Shown: positions 19,398 through 29,270 of the stretch, piece after piece
Layout of the letters: each line of letters starts with the position of its first letter
How positions within the stretch are numbered: position 1 is the stretch's first letter
Assembly: GCA_902622515.1 (NCBI GenBank)
Contig: CACNQE010000008.1
Coordinates: 15,509-79,508 of the forward strand
Origin: an uncultured SAR116 cluster alpha proteobacterium
GTDB lineage: Bacteria > Pseudomonadota > Alphaproteobacteria > Puniceispirillales > Puniceispirillaceae
Direction of reading: 5' to 3'
Length of the DNA stretch: 64,000 nucleotides
Notes under the pieces: generated by a model
Told to the model about the DNA's origin: nothing
The model's database searches: none
Seen by the model: only the letters and a program-made list of their open reading frames with translations
Translations under genes and position numbers: made by a program

Positions 19398-19997
19398 TTA
19401 ATTTTCATTGGGGATTGGCTTAATGGAAAAATGAGAAAATGGTCCTGCACTTTCTCCTAATCCAGCAGCTTTTCCAATTTCTATGTACCGTGTTGCAGAA
19501 ATTTCAATCATCTCGAATTCTTCATCAGTTAAGTTTCTCATTTTTTTTGCAGGTGACCCTGCCCATAACTCTCCTTTGGGCACTTTTTTACCTGGGGTCA
19601 CTAGCGCACCTGCTGCAACCATTGAAAAACTGTTAACGATTGCACCATCCATAATTATTGAACCCATGCCAATAAAGCAATGTGATTCAAGTGTACAAGC
19701 ATGAATGATTGCAGAATGTCCAATTGTAACATGGTTTCCGATTATTGTCGGAAATTTTGTAGAATCGATATGTATTACAGAATTATCTTGTATATTAGTT
19801 CCTTCTCCAATTTTTATAAAATTTGCGTCTCCTCTGATTGTTGTATGGTGCCACACTGAGCAGTTTTTGCCAATTTCAACTGCTCCAATTATTGCGGCGG
19901 ATTTGGATATAAAGGCAGTTTGGTTAATTTTTGGGGTCTGTCCTAAAAAAGTTTCGATAAACATATGGTGCTGTAAGGAATTTTTTTCAGATATCAT
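19398..19997 (-). CDS. Gamma-class carbonic anhydrase-like / hexapeptide-repeat (LbH) protein
   Basis: Left-handed beta-helix repeats with SVWHHTTIRGD, NIQDNSVIH and IGHSAIIHAC (YrdA/PaaY family). The true start may be the internal Met at 19964. Confidence 0.75.
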   Translation of the reverse strand: MISEKNSLQHHMFIETFLGQTPKINQTAFISKSAAIIGAVEIGKNCSVWHHTTIRGDANFIKIGEGTNIQDNSVIHIDSTKFPTIIGNHVTIGHSAIIHACTLESHCFIGMGSIIMDGAIVNSFSMVAAGALVTPGKKVPKGELWAGSPAKKMRNLTDEEFEMIEISATRYIEIGKAAGLGESAGPFSHFSIKPIPNEN

Positions 19998-20123
19998 AAG
20001 ATGTGGGTCCTTAAAAATTAAATAGCTTATTCATATATTCGAATAATAAGCGACCCCAAAAAAAATATCCAAAAAAAAATATTTTATCAGATGGTTTGGC
20101 TTTTACTTCAATTTAGCCTAAAT

Positions 20124-20137
20124 AATTGTTAACAATT
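20124..20137. promoter_or_regulatory. Perfect 14-bp palindrome aattgttaacaatt upstream of sodB (candidate operator)
   Basis: The sequence is exactly self-complementary and lies 20 nt upstream of the sodB ATG, next to the GGAG Shine-Dalgarno. No regulator has been assigned. Confidence 0.25.
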
Positions 20138-20156
20138 TAAATTTATGGAGATTAAA

Positions 20157-20756
20157 ATGGCTTTTGAACTTCCTGACCTTCCCTATGCTCATGACGCATT
20201 GGCTCAACACGGTATGAGCGCTGAAACGCTTGAATATCATCATGATTTACATCATAAGGCATATGTTGATAATGGAAACAAATTGATTGCTGGCACTAAG
20301 TGGGAAACAGAAACGCTAGAAACTATTGTAACCGGAAACTACGATGCTAATGCGGTTGCACAAAATGGTATATTCAATAATGCATCACAGCATTGGAATC
20401 ATATGCAATTTTGGGAAATGATGGGACCGTCTAAAACTGGCATGCCTTCTGAGTTAGATTCATTAATCAAAGAGAGCTTTGGAAGTATAGACGCTTTCAA
20501 GGAAGCCTTCAGTTCTGCTGGTGCTGGTCAATTTGGCTCTGGTTGGTGTTGGCTTGTTAAAGAAGCAGACGGGAGTTTGAAAGTCACAAAAACTGAAAAC
20601 GGCGTTAATCCACTTTGTTTCGGTCAAACAGCACTGTTAGGTTGTGACGTTTGGGAACATTCTTATTATATTGATTTTCGAAATAAGCGTCCGGCATATG
20701 TCTCAAATTTTTTAGAAAATTTGGTGAATTGGGAGAATGTTGCTAGTAGATTATGA
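20157..20756 (+). CDS. sodB: Fe/Mn superoxide dismutase
   Basis: MAFELPDLPY, HHDLHHKAY, FNNASQHWNH and DVWEHSYYIDFRN. GGAG lies 6-7 nt upstream of the ATG at 20157. The track ORF starts 12 nt earlier. Confidence 0.9.
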   Translation: MAFELPDLPYAHDALAQHGMSAETLEYHHDLHHKAYVDNGNKLIAGTKWETETLETIVTGNYDANAVAQNGIFNNASQHWNHMQFWEMMGPSKTGMPSELDSLIKESFGSIDAFKEAFSSAGAGQFGSGWCWLVKEADGSLKVTKTENGVNPLCFGQTALLGCDVWEHSYYIDFRNKRPAYVSNFLENLVNWENVASRL

Positions 20757-20784
20757 TTTAAAAATATTATCAAAAATAAAAAGC

Positions 20785-20817
20785 AAAAGCACATTTGTTT
20801 TTAAAATGTGCTTTTTT
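20785..20817 (+). terminator. Rho-independent terminator after sodB
   Basis: aaaagcacattt / aaatgtgctttt forms a perfect 12-bp stem with a 7-nt loop, followed by T residues. Confidence 0.75.
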
Positions 20818-20902
20818 GCCCAAACTTAGCCATTGTAAAGTCACATTCCACGTATTTTACTTTATCCAGAGGTTGAAGCATTTTTATTGGGGAAATTAAA
20901 AC

Positions 20903-21130
20903 ATGGAATTATCATTATTGGTAGGAATTTTAGCTATAGTGGCTCAAACTGATGTAGTGAGAGAATATAAGGAACATTCAAATAATTTAAATAAATATCA
21001 AATAGTATCTGTCGAATGTGAAGGCGGACTAAATGACAGCGGCTATTCAATACCAATCAAACAAAAAGTATATTTTAAAGAGTTAGGTAAAGAGGGAACA
21101 CTTGGTATTATTTGCCAGAACAAAAAATAA
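20903..21130 (+). CDS. Hypothetical small protein (75 aa)
   Basis: This is the only ORF in the sodB-argG gap. GGGGA lies about 8 nt upstream of the ATG, and the N-terminus is hydrophobic. I recognised no similarity. Confidence 0.3.
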   Translation: MELSLLVGILAIVAQTDVVREYKEHSNNLNKYQIVSVECEGGLNDSGYSIPIKQKVYFKELGKEGTLGIICQNKK

Positions 21131-21135
21131 GAGCA

Positions 21136-22362
21136 TTAATTATTTTTATTTTTCTGACGAACCATTGCAGCTACTCGTAATCGAAGAGCATTTAATTTAA
21201 TAAATCCTTCCGCATCACTATGATTGTAATCAGCGGTACCCTCTTCAAAAGTGACAAGGTCTTCAGAGTAGAGTGAGCTTGAAGAGTGCCGTCCTATCAT
21301 TATTACGTTGCCCTTATATAGTTTTAGTTTAATCTCTCCATTTACAGAGGTCTGACTGTGGTCTATTGCCGCTTGCAACATTTCTCGTTCTGGAGAGAAC
21401 CAGAAGCCATTATATATTAGCTCAGCGTACTTAGGCATTAGAGAGTCTTTTAGGTGCGCTGCACCCCTGTCCAGCGTAAGTGATTCCATCGCCCGTCTAG
21501 CTTTCAGTAATATGGTCCCTCCAGGTGTTTCATATATTCCTCTTGATTTCATTCCTATAAATCTATTTTCAACCAGGTCTAATCTACCAATACCATGTTT
21601 CCCCCCCAACTCATTTAAACGCGCAAGAAGTAAGGCAGGAGACATTTTTTTATTGTTTAATGCGATTGGGTCTCCAGCGGCAAATTCAATTTTAATCTCC
21701 TCAGCAGTATTAGGTGCATCAGACGGGTCCACTGTTCTAGTAAATACATATTCTTCTGCTGGGACATTAGGATCCTCGAGAACTTTGCCTTCTGCTGAGA
21801 TATGCAGAAGATTAGCGTCAACTGAAAATGGAGCCTCTCCTCTCTTATCCTTAGGGACAGATATTTGATTTGCTTCCGCATAATCTATTAGCTTAGTTCT
21901 AGAATTAAGGTCCCATTCTCTCCATGGCGATATAACTTTTATATCAGGTTGTAGCGCATAATAACCAAGTTCAAATCGAACCTGGTCATTACCTTTTCCG
22001 GTTGCTCCATGAGATACTGCATCAGCTCCTACTTCCCGGGCAATTTCTATTTGGCGCTTCGCAATTAAGGGTCTTGCGATAGAAGTTCCAAGCAAATATT
22101 CACCCTCATAAATTGCATTTGCACGAAACATCGGAAAAACATACTCAGATGCGAACTCTTCTCGCAAATCTTCAATAAATATTTGTTTCACGCCATGCAG
22201 TTTAGCCTTATTTTTGACTTGTGTGATATCTTCACCTTGACCAATATCCGCTGTAAAAGTAACAACCTCGCAATTATAATTAGTTTGCAGCCATTTCAGA
22301 ATCACTGACGTGTCAAGACCACCAGAATATGCAAGAACTACTTTTTTAACGGATTTATCCAA
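21136..22362 (-). CDS. argG: Argininosuccinate synthase
   Basis: [29 protein letters not shown] and [19 protein letters not shown]. Confidence 0.95.
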   Translation of the reverse strand: MDKSVKKVVLAYSGGLDTSVILKWLQTNYNCEVVTFTADIGQGEDITQVKNKAKLHGVKQIFIEDLREEFASEYVFPMFRANAIYEGEYLLGTSIARPLIAKRQIEIAREVGADAVSHGATGKGNDQVRFELGYYALQPDIKVISPWREWDLNSRTKLIDYAEANQISVPKDKRGEAPFSVDANLLHISAEGKVLEDPNVPAEEYVFTRTVDPSDAPNTAEEIKIEFAAGDPIALNNKKMSPALLLARLNELGGKHGIGRLDLVENRFIGMKSRGIYETPGGTILLKARRAMESLTLDRGAAHLKDSLMPKYAELIYNGFWFSPEREMLQAAIDHSQTSVNGEIKLKLYKGNVIMIGRHSSSSLYSEDLVTFEEGTADYNHSDAEGFIKLNALRLRVAAMVRQKNKNN

Positions 22363-22498
22363 AATTATTGCTCCAAAAAGATTATAAGAAAAATAATCTA
22401 ATATTATGAAACTTCGTATAGATTACTTTTAGCTTGAGGTCACATACTTTTTAACTTCCTTACATTGTAAGTTTTAAATAATCTCAAATAGCACATTT

Positions 22499-22978
22499 AT
22501 GAGAACATTAATTATGGATGAAAGTACCAACAATCAAGAAGAAAAATATCTAACAATGACAGCAAATGTTTTGGGGTATTTAGGTAGTTTACCATTCATT
22601 GCATTAGCTGTAACAATCTCCGTAGCAAATACGGACGCAGTTGTCATCGCAAAATCAGCTTTATATTTATATGGGGCAATTATTTTAAGTTTTCTGGGTG
22701 GACTGCATTGGGGAAGGATTGCTTCTAAGGAAACAGTAATATGGTCTGATAAATGGATTTTGTTATATTCAGTGGTTCCATCACTTATTGGTTGGTTTTC
22801 TTTTTTATTGAAATTTTTCTGGAGTCACACTGCTTGGATGCTCATAATAGGATTTCTTGCATCCTATTTTATGGATAGATTTTTTATAAAAGACGGAACA
22901 TTTAAATCTTTTATGGGTTCTCTTCGATTGAACCTTACTATAATAGCGTGTATTAGCTTGGGTTTTTTGCTTGTTTAA
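22499..22978 (+). CDS. DUF3429-family membrane protein
   Basis: Four TM helices with the YGAIILSFLGGLHWG motif typical of DUF3429. The start codon is uncertain. Confidence 0.6.
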   Translation: MRTLIMDESTNNQEEKYLTMTANVLGYLGSLPFIALAVTISVANTDAVVIAKSALYLYGAIILSFLGGLHWGRIASKETVIWSDKWILLYSVVPSLIGWFSFLLKFFWSHTAWMLIIGFLASYFMDRFFIKDGTFKSFMGSLRLNLTIIACISLGFLLV

Positions 22979-23018
22979 TACTATTATATTTTATTTTTAT
23001 GCAGCTGCTGAAAAGTTC

Positions 23019-23678
23019 TTATTTGATAAGCATATTCAATAATCTGCCAACTGGGCCAGTTAACACTATGGGACCTTCATTTACAGCAAGAACGATGCAT
23101 TCTCCATCCTCATCTGCAACGGGTTTGTGTACAGCCCCTGTTTCCTGAATTGATATATCACCGGGTCCATATGTTCCGTATTCGTCAGTGAAACCTCCAG
23201 ACAATACCAATGTTACCTCATTACCGTCGTGAGAGTGACTTGGTACACTGTAACCTGGCGCGATTTTATATAATTTTGTGCTACCAAAATTATCACCAAA
23301 ATTAATGGCTTGCTCGGATAGACCAATGCCAATACGCTTCCAGTTTTTAGGGCTACTTATGTCTTGAGCGTAATTACGTAATGGCAAAGGTAATAAATTG
23401 TTATCATTGACTACGTTAGTGTAAATTTCCTGATCTTTATCAACACCAGAATCGATTTCAGCCATTAATTTCTCAAAACTGCCCTCTGATAGGGAAATTG
23501 GCTCAGAATTTTCTAAAAGTGCACCACCTAATTGTAAGAGCATACGAATTGATTTAGCGCTCGCTGGGTTCATTGAAATATGTGTCTCAACCAGAACCTC
23601 AAGTGCTAGTGGCAGAGTACCATTAGCATAATCAATCAATAATGATTCAACCAAGGTTAATGTGTTCTGCTTATTCAT
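23019..23678 (-). CDS. chrR: ChrR-type anti-sigma-E factor (N-terminal anti-sigma domain plus C-terminal cupin)
   Basis: It aligns by eye with Rhodobacter ChrR (LL.DYANGTL...THIS; cupin SHSHDGNEVTLVLSG...AVHKP) and lies directly downstream of the ECF sigma gene. Confidence 0.8.
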   Translation of the reverse strand: MNKQNTLTLVESLLIDYANGTLPLALEVLVETHISMNPASAKSIRMLLQLGGALLENSEPISLSEGSFEKLMAEIDSGVDKDQEIYTNVVNDNNLLPLPLRNYAQDISSPKNWKRIGIGLSEQAINFGDNFGSTKLYKIAPGYSVPSHSHDGNEVTLVLSGGFTDEYGTYGPGDISIQETGAVHKPVADEDGECIVLAVNEGPIVLTGPVGRLLNMLIK

Positions 23679-23689
23679 TATATTACTAA

Positions 23690-24277
23690 TTATCCTTCAA
23701 AATCTTCAAGTTGTGTTCGCAATCGGTTAATGGCAAGACGTATTCGTGATTTAACAGTACCCAACGGTAAATTTGTTTCTTCAGCTATTTTTCTATGCGA
23801 CTTATCATCATAATACGCAGAAAGAATCAATTTGGCCTGCTCTGGAGGTAAATTTTTTAAAACATTTTTAATTTTTTTCTCTTCCTCAGTTCGCTGTAAT
23901 ATGTCATCGCTTTTATCGATAGGTTTTTGGTAGAATAAGGGGTCATTAAAATTAGGTAGGGGGCGGCTATCTTTTCGTAATTTATCAATACGCTTATTAC
24001 GAGCAATAGTGAAAATCCATGTGCTGGCACCCGCACTTTCTGGATTATATGTTTCAGCCCTGCGCCAAACCATTATCATTGTTTCTTGGCAAATTTCTTC
24101 AGCAGCGGACTCATCCGAGCCGATGCGTAATAAAAACGATTTCAACCTAGGAGAGAAATGTTCATACAAGGACTTGAAAGCAGATTTGTCTCTATATTTA
24201 CCTATTTTAAGTAAACACGTATCCCATTCAGACAAACTATTTTGATTATCGTTAGAGAAGCCAGATCCCATAGACAT
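23690..24277 (-). CDS. rpoE: ECF RNA polymerase sigma factor, RpoE (sigma-E/ChrR group)
   Basis: AFKSLYEHFSPRLKSFLLR, TWIFTIARNKRIDKLRKD and LPLGTVKSRIRLAINRLR resemble Rhodobacter sigma-E. The start is uncertain: Met codons at 24277, 24319 and 24367 are all in frame. Confidence 0.8.
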   Translation of the reverse strand: MSMGSGFSNDNQNSLSEWDTCLLKIGKYRDKSAFKSLYEHFSPRLKSFLLRIGSDESAAEEICQETMIMVWRRAETYNPESAGASTWIFTIARNKRIDKLRKDSRPLPNFNDPLFYQKPIDKSDDILQRTEEEKKIKNVLKNLPPEQAKLILSAYYDDKSHRKIAEETNLPLGTVKSRIRLAINRLRTQLEDFEG

Positions 24278-24503
24278 ATCTAACGATGAAATTAATTCTT
24301 CTACAACCCTAAAATTCATTAAATTATCTAAAATATTCAAAAAAATGTTTGCATAGTAACAATGCAAAATATTTAAATTTGGAATCTTATTGACAACTAA
24401 ACTTTTTTAAAACCAAATTTTTGACACATTTATTTTAAATAAATCCTTTATATCACTTGCGTCTTTATTAAAGTTTTGCGATTTAATAACAAGTTAGCTA
24501 TAT

Positions 24504-24563
24504 GTCTTTCTACAATTCGGTAAAAATTTAAAGGTCTTTTTACAATTCGGTAAAAATTTAAAG
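24504..24563. repeat. Tandem direct duplication, 2 x 30 bp (gtctttYtacaattcggtaaaaatttaaag)
   Basis: 24504-24533 and 24534-24563 are identical except for one C/T difference at unit position 7. The repeat ends 22 nt upstream of the ialB ATG. Confidence 0.9.
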
Positions 24564-24585
24564 AAAATTAATCACGGTGCAGAAT

Positions 24586-25101
24586 ATGACTAAAAAAATA
24601 GTCCTCTTCCTAAAAATTTTTATAATTTGTCTTTTTATGAAAAGCCTCATGGCTTCGGAAAAAATTCAAATAGAAAAGTTTAATGACTGGTCGGTTCTTC
24701 GGCAGGAAACGGATGCAGGAAGGTTATGCTACATTACTAGCGAGCCGATTGAGAAAAAAGGAGACTACGATAAAAATAATCGTGGAGAGACAAGAGTTTT
24801 TGTAACCCATGGGCCTGGTAAAGCAGAACGAGATGTAGTTTCAATTGTTGCTGGGTATGTTTTTGAAAAACAGTCCGAGGTTGACTTGTATGTTGATGGA
24901 GTTAAGCAACTCTTTTTTACTTTGCAGGACAGAGCGTGGTCTTTTGGACCGGATGAGGATAAGAAGATCATTAGAAATATGAAACGAGGAAATAAACTTA
25001 CAGTTGAGGGCGTTTCCAGTAGAGGTAATAAAACAATAGATATTTATTCTCTATCTGGTTTTACTAAAGCAAAGCAAATGTTAGACAAAATTTGCCCTTA
25101 A
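24586..25101 (+). CDS. Invasion-associated locus B (IalB) family periplasmic protein
   Basis: Signal peptide, then FNDWSVLRQE....LCYITSEP, then a second half with W.F.....D, the typical IalB family layout. I chose the ATG at 24586; the track uses the GTG at 24577. Confidence 0.7.
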   Translation: MTKKIVLFLKIFIICLFMKSLMASEKIQIEKFNDWSVLRQETDAGRLCYITSEPIEKKGDYDKNNRGETRVFVTHGPGKAERDVVSIVAGYVFEKQSEVDLYVDGVKQLFFTLQDRAWSFGPDEDKKIIRNMKRGNKLTVEGVSSRGNKTIDIYSLSGFTKAKQMLDKICP

Positions 25102-25167
25102 AAAAAGTCTAGATATGGTTTAAAAGAAGTATTTTTTGGGGAACACTAGAATATAGCGAGACTAGAT

Positions 25168-26235
25168 TTGCAGGACCTCACAGATTTTTCATTTTTGGAA
25201 ATTAGCGAAGCTTTTTTGCAACTGGAATTGCCGAAATTTAGAGCTAACCAAATTTGGAGTTGGATTTGGTGTCATGGGGTTACCGACTTCCATGATATGA
25301 ATAATATTTCAAAGCCAATCCGTTCGTTATTGGCGGAGCACTTCATTATAGCAAGGCCAGCAATAAGTAGACGTCAACAATCTTATGATGGCACAATAAA
25401 ATGGCTCATAAGGTTATCAGACGGACACGAGGTTGAGACAGTCTATATCCCTGAGGAAGATAGAGGCACTTTATGTATATCTAGTCAAGTTGGATGCACT
25501 CTTACTTGCTCTTTCTGTCATACAGGTACACAAAGATTAGTCCGAAATTTAACTGTGGGGGAAATTTGTAGTCAGATTTTACTTGCAATGGATGAATTGG
25601 GAGAATGGCCTGCTGGAAAGCTTAATAGAAAACTCACAAATATAGTATTGATGGGAATGGGTGAGCCATTATTTAATTATGAAAATGTGGCTAAGGCTTT
25701 GAAAATAGTCATGTCAGGAGATGGTATTGGAATATCAAAAAGGAGGATAACCTTATCTACATCGGGAATTGTACCTGAAATAATTCGCTGTGGAGAAGAC
25801 TTAGGAGTAAATTTAGCTATAAGCCTCCATGCGGTAAATGATACTCTTCGTAATGAGCTTGTGCCAATAAATAGAAAGTATAACTTGCAAGCTCTAATAG
25901 ATGCAGTACGCAATTATCCGGGATTATCTAATACCAGAAGAGTCACATGGGAATATGTAATGCTTGACGGGGTAAATGACAGCCAAGAGGATGCACTAGC
26001 CCTTTTAAAATTAATCAGAGGCATACCTTCCAAAATTAATTTAATTCCTTTTAATCCTTGGCCAGGGTCAAATTACATTAGTTCTAAATCTGAAAAAATA
26101 GAGAAATTTGCTGCTATTTTGTTAAAAGCAGGTTATGCCTCACCTATTCGCACTCCAAGAGGAAGTGATATTCTGGCTGCATGTGGACAATTAAAGTCAG
26201 ATTCCGTTCGATTGCGTGCTAGTCAGAGGGCATAA
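25168..26235 (+). CDS. rlmN: 23S rRNA/tRNA adenine-C2 methyltransferase, radical SAM
   Basis: [12 protein letters not shown], the radical-SAM [11 protein letters not shown] motif, MGMGEPL and the catalytic-Cys context ILAACGQL. The ORF has a TTG start. Confidence 0.85.
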   Translation: MQDLTDFSFLEISEAFLQLELPKFRANQIWSWIWCHGVTDFHDMNNISKPIRSLLAEHFIIARPAISRRQQSYDGTIKWLIRLSDGHEVETVYIPEEDRGTLCISSQVGCTLTCSFCHTGTQRLVRNLTVGEICSQILLAMDELGEWPAGKLNRKLTNIVLMGMGEPLFNYENVAKALKIVMSGDGIGISKRRITLSTSGIVPEIIRCGEDLGVNLAISLHAVNDTLRNELVPINRKYNLQALIDAVRNYPGLSNTRRVTWEYVMLDGVNDSQEDALALLKLIRGIPSKINLIPFNPWPGSNYISSKSEKIEKFAAILLKAGYASPIRTPRGSDILAACGQLKSDSVRLRASQRA

Positions 26236-26368
26236 AATAGGTAAAATTGTAATTCACCCTAGCAAACTTTCAACAATATGGAAAATACATAAGACAAACA
26301 CTTGCACATCAGTTCCAGCCAACATACATTATAATTAGTAGAATTTGCAGTGTTAAAGGAGTAATCAC

Positions 26369-27088
26369 ATGCAAGACAATAATTACGCTAATATCTCATC
26401 CGCACAGGCAAGCCAGATTGATTTAGGTTTGCGCCGTTATATGCTTGGCGTTTACAATCATATGACTACAGCACTCGCCCTTACAGGTCTTTTTGCGTTT
26501 GCCATGAAATGGGCGGCTTTAACAATACCTGGTGTAGCTCAAACTGTATATGGTTCGCCACTGCAGTATATTGTTATGTTTGCGCCATTTGCTTTGGTTA
26601 TGTTTTTAAGTTTTAAAATTAATAAACTATCTCCGTTTACTGCAAGAAATGTATTTTATCTTTATGCTGCGTTAATGGGGCTTTCCCTATCATCTATTCT
26701 TCTTGTCTTTACAGGAGAATCTGTTGCCAGAGCATTTTTTGTTACAGCAGGAGCATTTGCTGGTTTATCCATTTATGGATATACTACGAAACGTGACCTT
26801 ACTGCTATGGGTTCCTTTATGATCATTGGTTTGTTTGGAATAATCATTGCATCTCTTGTAAATATTTTTGTTGGTTCCGATTTAATGCAGTTTGTCATTT
26901 CTGTCATAGGTGTGTTTGTGTTTGCAGGTCTTACTGCATGGGATACACAAACAATTAAATCTATGTACTCCGCAGCTGATAGTGCTCAAGCAGCGGCAAC
27001 AAAATCAATTTATGGAGCGTTGAAGCTATATCTTGACTTCATCAACATGTTTATCATGCTATTGCATCTTTTTGGTAACAGAGAATAG
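26369..27088 (+). CDS. Bax inhibitor-1/YccA family membrane protein
   Basis: Seven TM helices with LRRYMLGVYNHM, GYTTKRDL and the C-terminal LYLDFINMF motif. Confidence 0.85.
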   Translation: MQDNNYANISSAQASQIDLGLRRYMLGVYNHMTTALALTGLFAFAMKWAALTIPGVAQTVYGSPLQYIVMFAPFALVMFLSFKINKLSPFTARNVFYLYAALMGLSLSSILLVFTGESVARAFFVTAGAFAGLSIYGYTTKRDLTAMGSFMIIGLFGIIIASLVNIFVGSDLMQFVISVIGVFVFAGLTAWDTQTIKSMYSAADSAQAAATKSIYGALKLYLDFINMFIMLLHLFGNRE

Positions 27089-27119
27089 TAACTCAAACAA
27101 TATGCATAAGAATATCATA

Positions 27120-27157
27120 AAAGGCGCTCTTAAAATTCAACAGGGCGCCTTTTTTTG
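27120..27157 (+). terminator. Rho-independent terminator after the BI-1 gene
   Basis: aaaggcgc ... gcgccttt stem followed by a T7 run. Confidence 0.65.
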
Positions 27158-27161
27158 AGAT

Positions 27162-28160
27162 ATGGAGAGACTTGTGGGTGATAGATTGGGTGATTACCTA
27201 TCACAGTCAATTGAACAAGATGAATCAGGTGTCGCTGTTAAAAACACCATTCTGTCTTTAAGCAACGCCGCAAAGAAGATAGCAAAATTTCTTGCTAAAA
27301 ACGGGTTGCCCGAAAATCAATTTGGGACACAGGTCGGTGATATAAATTCAGATGGGGACACTCAAAAAGCTTTAGACCTGATTGCGGATGAGAACATTGT
27401 TACTGCATTAAAAAATAAAAATGTTGTTGCTTATTTTTCAGAGGAACAAGAATCTGCTTTATTGCTTGACTCAGAGGGGAATTTAATAGTTTGTGCCGAC
27501 CCGTTAGATGGTTCATCCAACATTGATAATAATTCGTCCGTTGGTACTATTTTTTCAATTCTTCCAAGAAAGACTGAAGATTTTGAAGCAGAGCAATTAC
27601 TTCGTGATGCTCTTCAGTCTGGGATAAATCAGCTTGCTAGTGGTTTTTTTGTTTATGGTCCTCAAACAAGTTTAATTCTGACAACAGGAAAAGGTGCTGC
27701 CGCGTTCCTTCTGGATAAGGAAGAGTTTTTTAAAATGGAATGGGAACCAAATTTACCAACCAAAGGAAGTCAATTTGCTATAAACATGTCTAACATGAGG
27801 TTTTGGTCAAAACGCACACGTAGGTACATTCAGAGTTGCTTAGATGGCACAGAAGGCACGTTTGCAAAAAATTATAATATGAGATGGTGTGGGTCATTAG
27901 TTGCAGACGCATGGAGAATTTTCAGGGAAGGAGGAATTTTTCTTTATCCTGAAGATAAAAGAGATAATTATAATGAGGGAAGGTTAAGGTTGGTTTATGA
28001 GGCGAATCCAATATCTTTTCTTGTAGAGCAAGCAGGTGGTCGGGCAACTGATGGTAATACAGATATATTAAACATCAAACCAGGCACTCTACATCAGAGA
28101 GTACCATTAATTTTTGGGTCTGAGGAAGAAGTTAACAAATATGAGTCACTTAATAAATAA
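27162..28160 (+). CDS. fbp: Fructose-1,6-bisphosphatase class 1
   Basis: DPLDGSSNID metal-binding motif, YGPQTSLIL, MRWCGSLVADAWRIF..GGIFLYP and GRLRLVYEANPISFLVEQAGG. Confidence 0.85.
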   Translation: MERLVGDRLGDYLSQSIEQDESGVAVKNTILSLSNAAKKIAKFLAKNGLPENQFGTQVGDINSDGDTQKALDLIADENIVTALKNKNVVAYFSEEQESALLLDSEGNLIVCADPLDGSSNIDNNSSVGTIFSILPRKTEDFEAEQLLRDALQSGINQLASGFFVYGPQTSLILTTGKGAAAFLLDKEEFFKMEWEPNLPTKGSQFAINMSNMRFWSKRTRRYIQSCLDGTEGTFAKNYNMRWCGSLVADAWRIFREGGIFLYPEDKRDNYNEGRLRLVYEANPISFLVEQAGGRATDGNTDILNIKPGTLHQRVPLIFGSEEEVNKYESLNK

Positions 28161-28196
28161 AAAGCAAGAATTTAAAAACAGTTATGAGGAAATTAT

Positions 28197-29258
28197 ATGT
28201 TAATCACTCTTAGACAATTGTTGGATCATGCTGCTGAGAATGGATATGGGCTGCCTGCTTTTAATATAAATAATCTAGAACAGGGTCTAGCTATTTTAAT
28301 GGCTGCAGAAAAAACTAATTCACCTGTAATCATTCAGGCTTCACGAGGTGCTAGGGCCTATGCAGGAGATCTATTACTTCAATCATTGATTAAAGGATTG
28401 ATTGCAACATTTCCGAATATTCCTATTTGTATGCATCAGGATCATGGTAATTCTATGGCTACTTGTATGACGGCAATGCAATATGGTTTCTCTTCTGTAA
28501 TGATGGACGGGTCTTTAGAACAGGATGGAAAAACGCCTGCTAATTATGAATATAATGTTTCTGTCACTTCCTCTGTGGCGAAAATGGCTCATTATGCTGG
28601 GGTGTCTGTTGAGGGTGAACTTGGAATATTAGGTTCACTAGAAACTGGGGAGGGTGAAAGCGAAGATGGACATGGTGTTGAAGGTAAAATTGAGCATGAA
28701 CAGTTGCTTACAGACCCAGATCAGGCAGTAGATTTTGTCAAAGCAACAAAAGTAGACGCGCTTGCTATTGCTATGGGTACAAGTCATGGGGCATACAAAT
28801 TTTCACGAAAGCCTGACGGAGAAATTCTAGCAATGCATGTAATCGAAGAAATTCATGGTCGTCTACCTAATACGCATCTTGTAATGCATGGTTCATCTTC
28901 AGTACCACAAGAACTACAGGATATTTTTAATCAATTTGGTGGTGAGATGCCTCAAACATGGGGAGTCCCTCTGACAGAAATTGAGCGAGGTATTAAAAAT
29001 GGTGTTAGAAAAGTAAATATTGATACAGACTGCAGGCTTGCAATGGCCGGCATTATTCGAAAGGTAGCCCAAGAGCAAAAAAATGAATTTGATTTAAGAA
29101 AATTTATGAAACCAGCTAGGGATGCAATGGAGGCAGTTTGCATTGACAGATTTGAAAGATTTGGGACTTCTGGACAGGCTGATAAAATAAAACCTCTCTC
29201 TCTAAAGCAAATGGCAGGGCGATATGAAATAGGTGAATTAGAACCTATTATAAGTTAG
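28197..29258 (+). CDS. fba: Class II fructose-bisphosphate aldolase (Calvin-cycle/CbbA subtype)
   Basis: [35 protein letters not shown] and the NIDTD motif. Confidence 0.9.
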   Translation: MLITLRQLLDHAAENGYGLPAFNINNLEQGLAILMAAEKTNSPVIIQASRGARAYAGDLLLQSLIKGLIATFPNIPICMHQDHGNSMATCMTAMQYGFSSVMMDGSLEQDGKTPANYEYNVSVTSSVAKMAHYAGVSVEGELGILGSLETGEGESEDGHGVEGKIEHEQLLTDPDQAVDFVKATKVDALAIAMGTSHGAYKFSRKPDGEILAMHVIEEIHGRLPNTHLVMHGSSSVPQELQDIFNQFGGEMPQTWGVPLTEIERGIKNGVRKVNIDTDCRLAMAGIIRKVAQEQKNEFDLRKFMKPARDAMEAVCIDRFERFGTSGQADKIKPLSLKQMAGRYEIGELEPIIS

Positions 29259-29270
29259 CAAAACACAATA

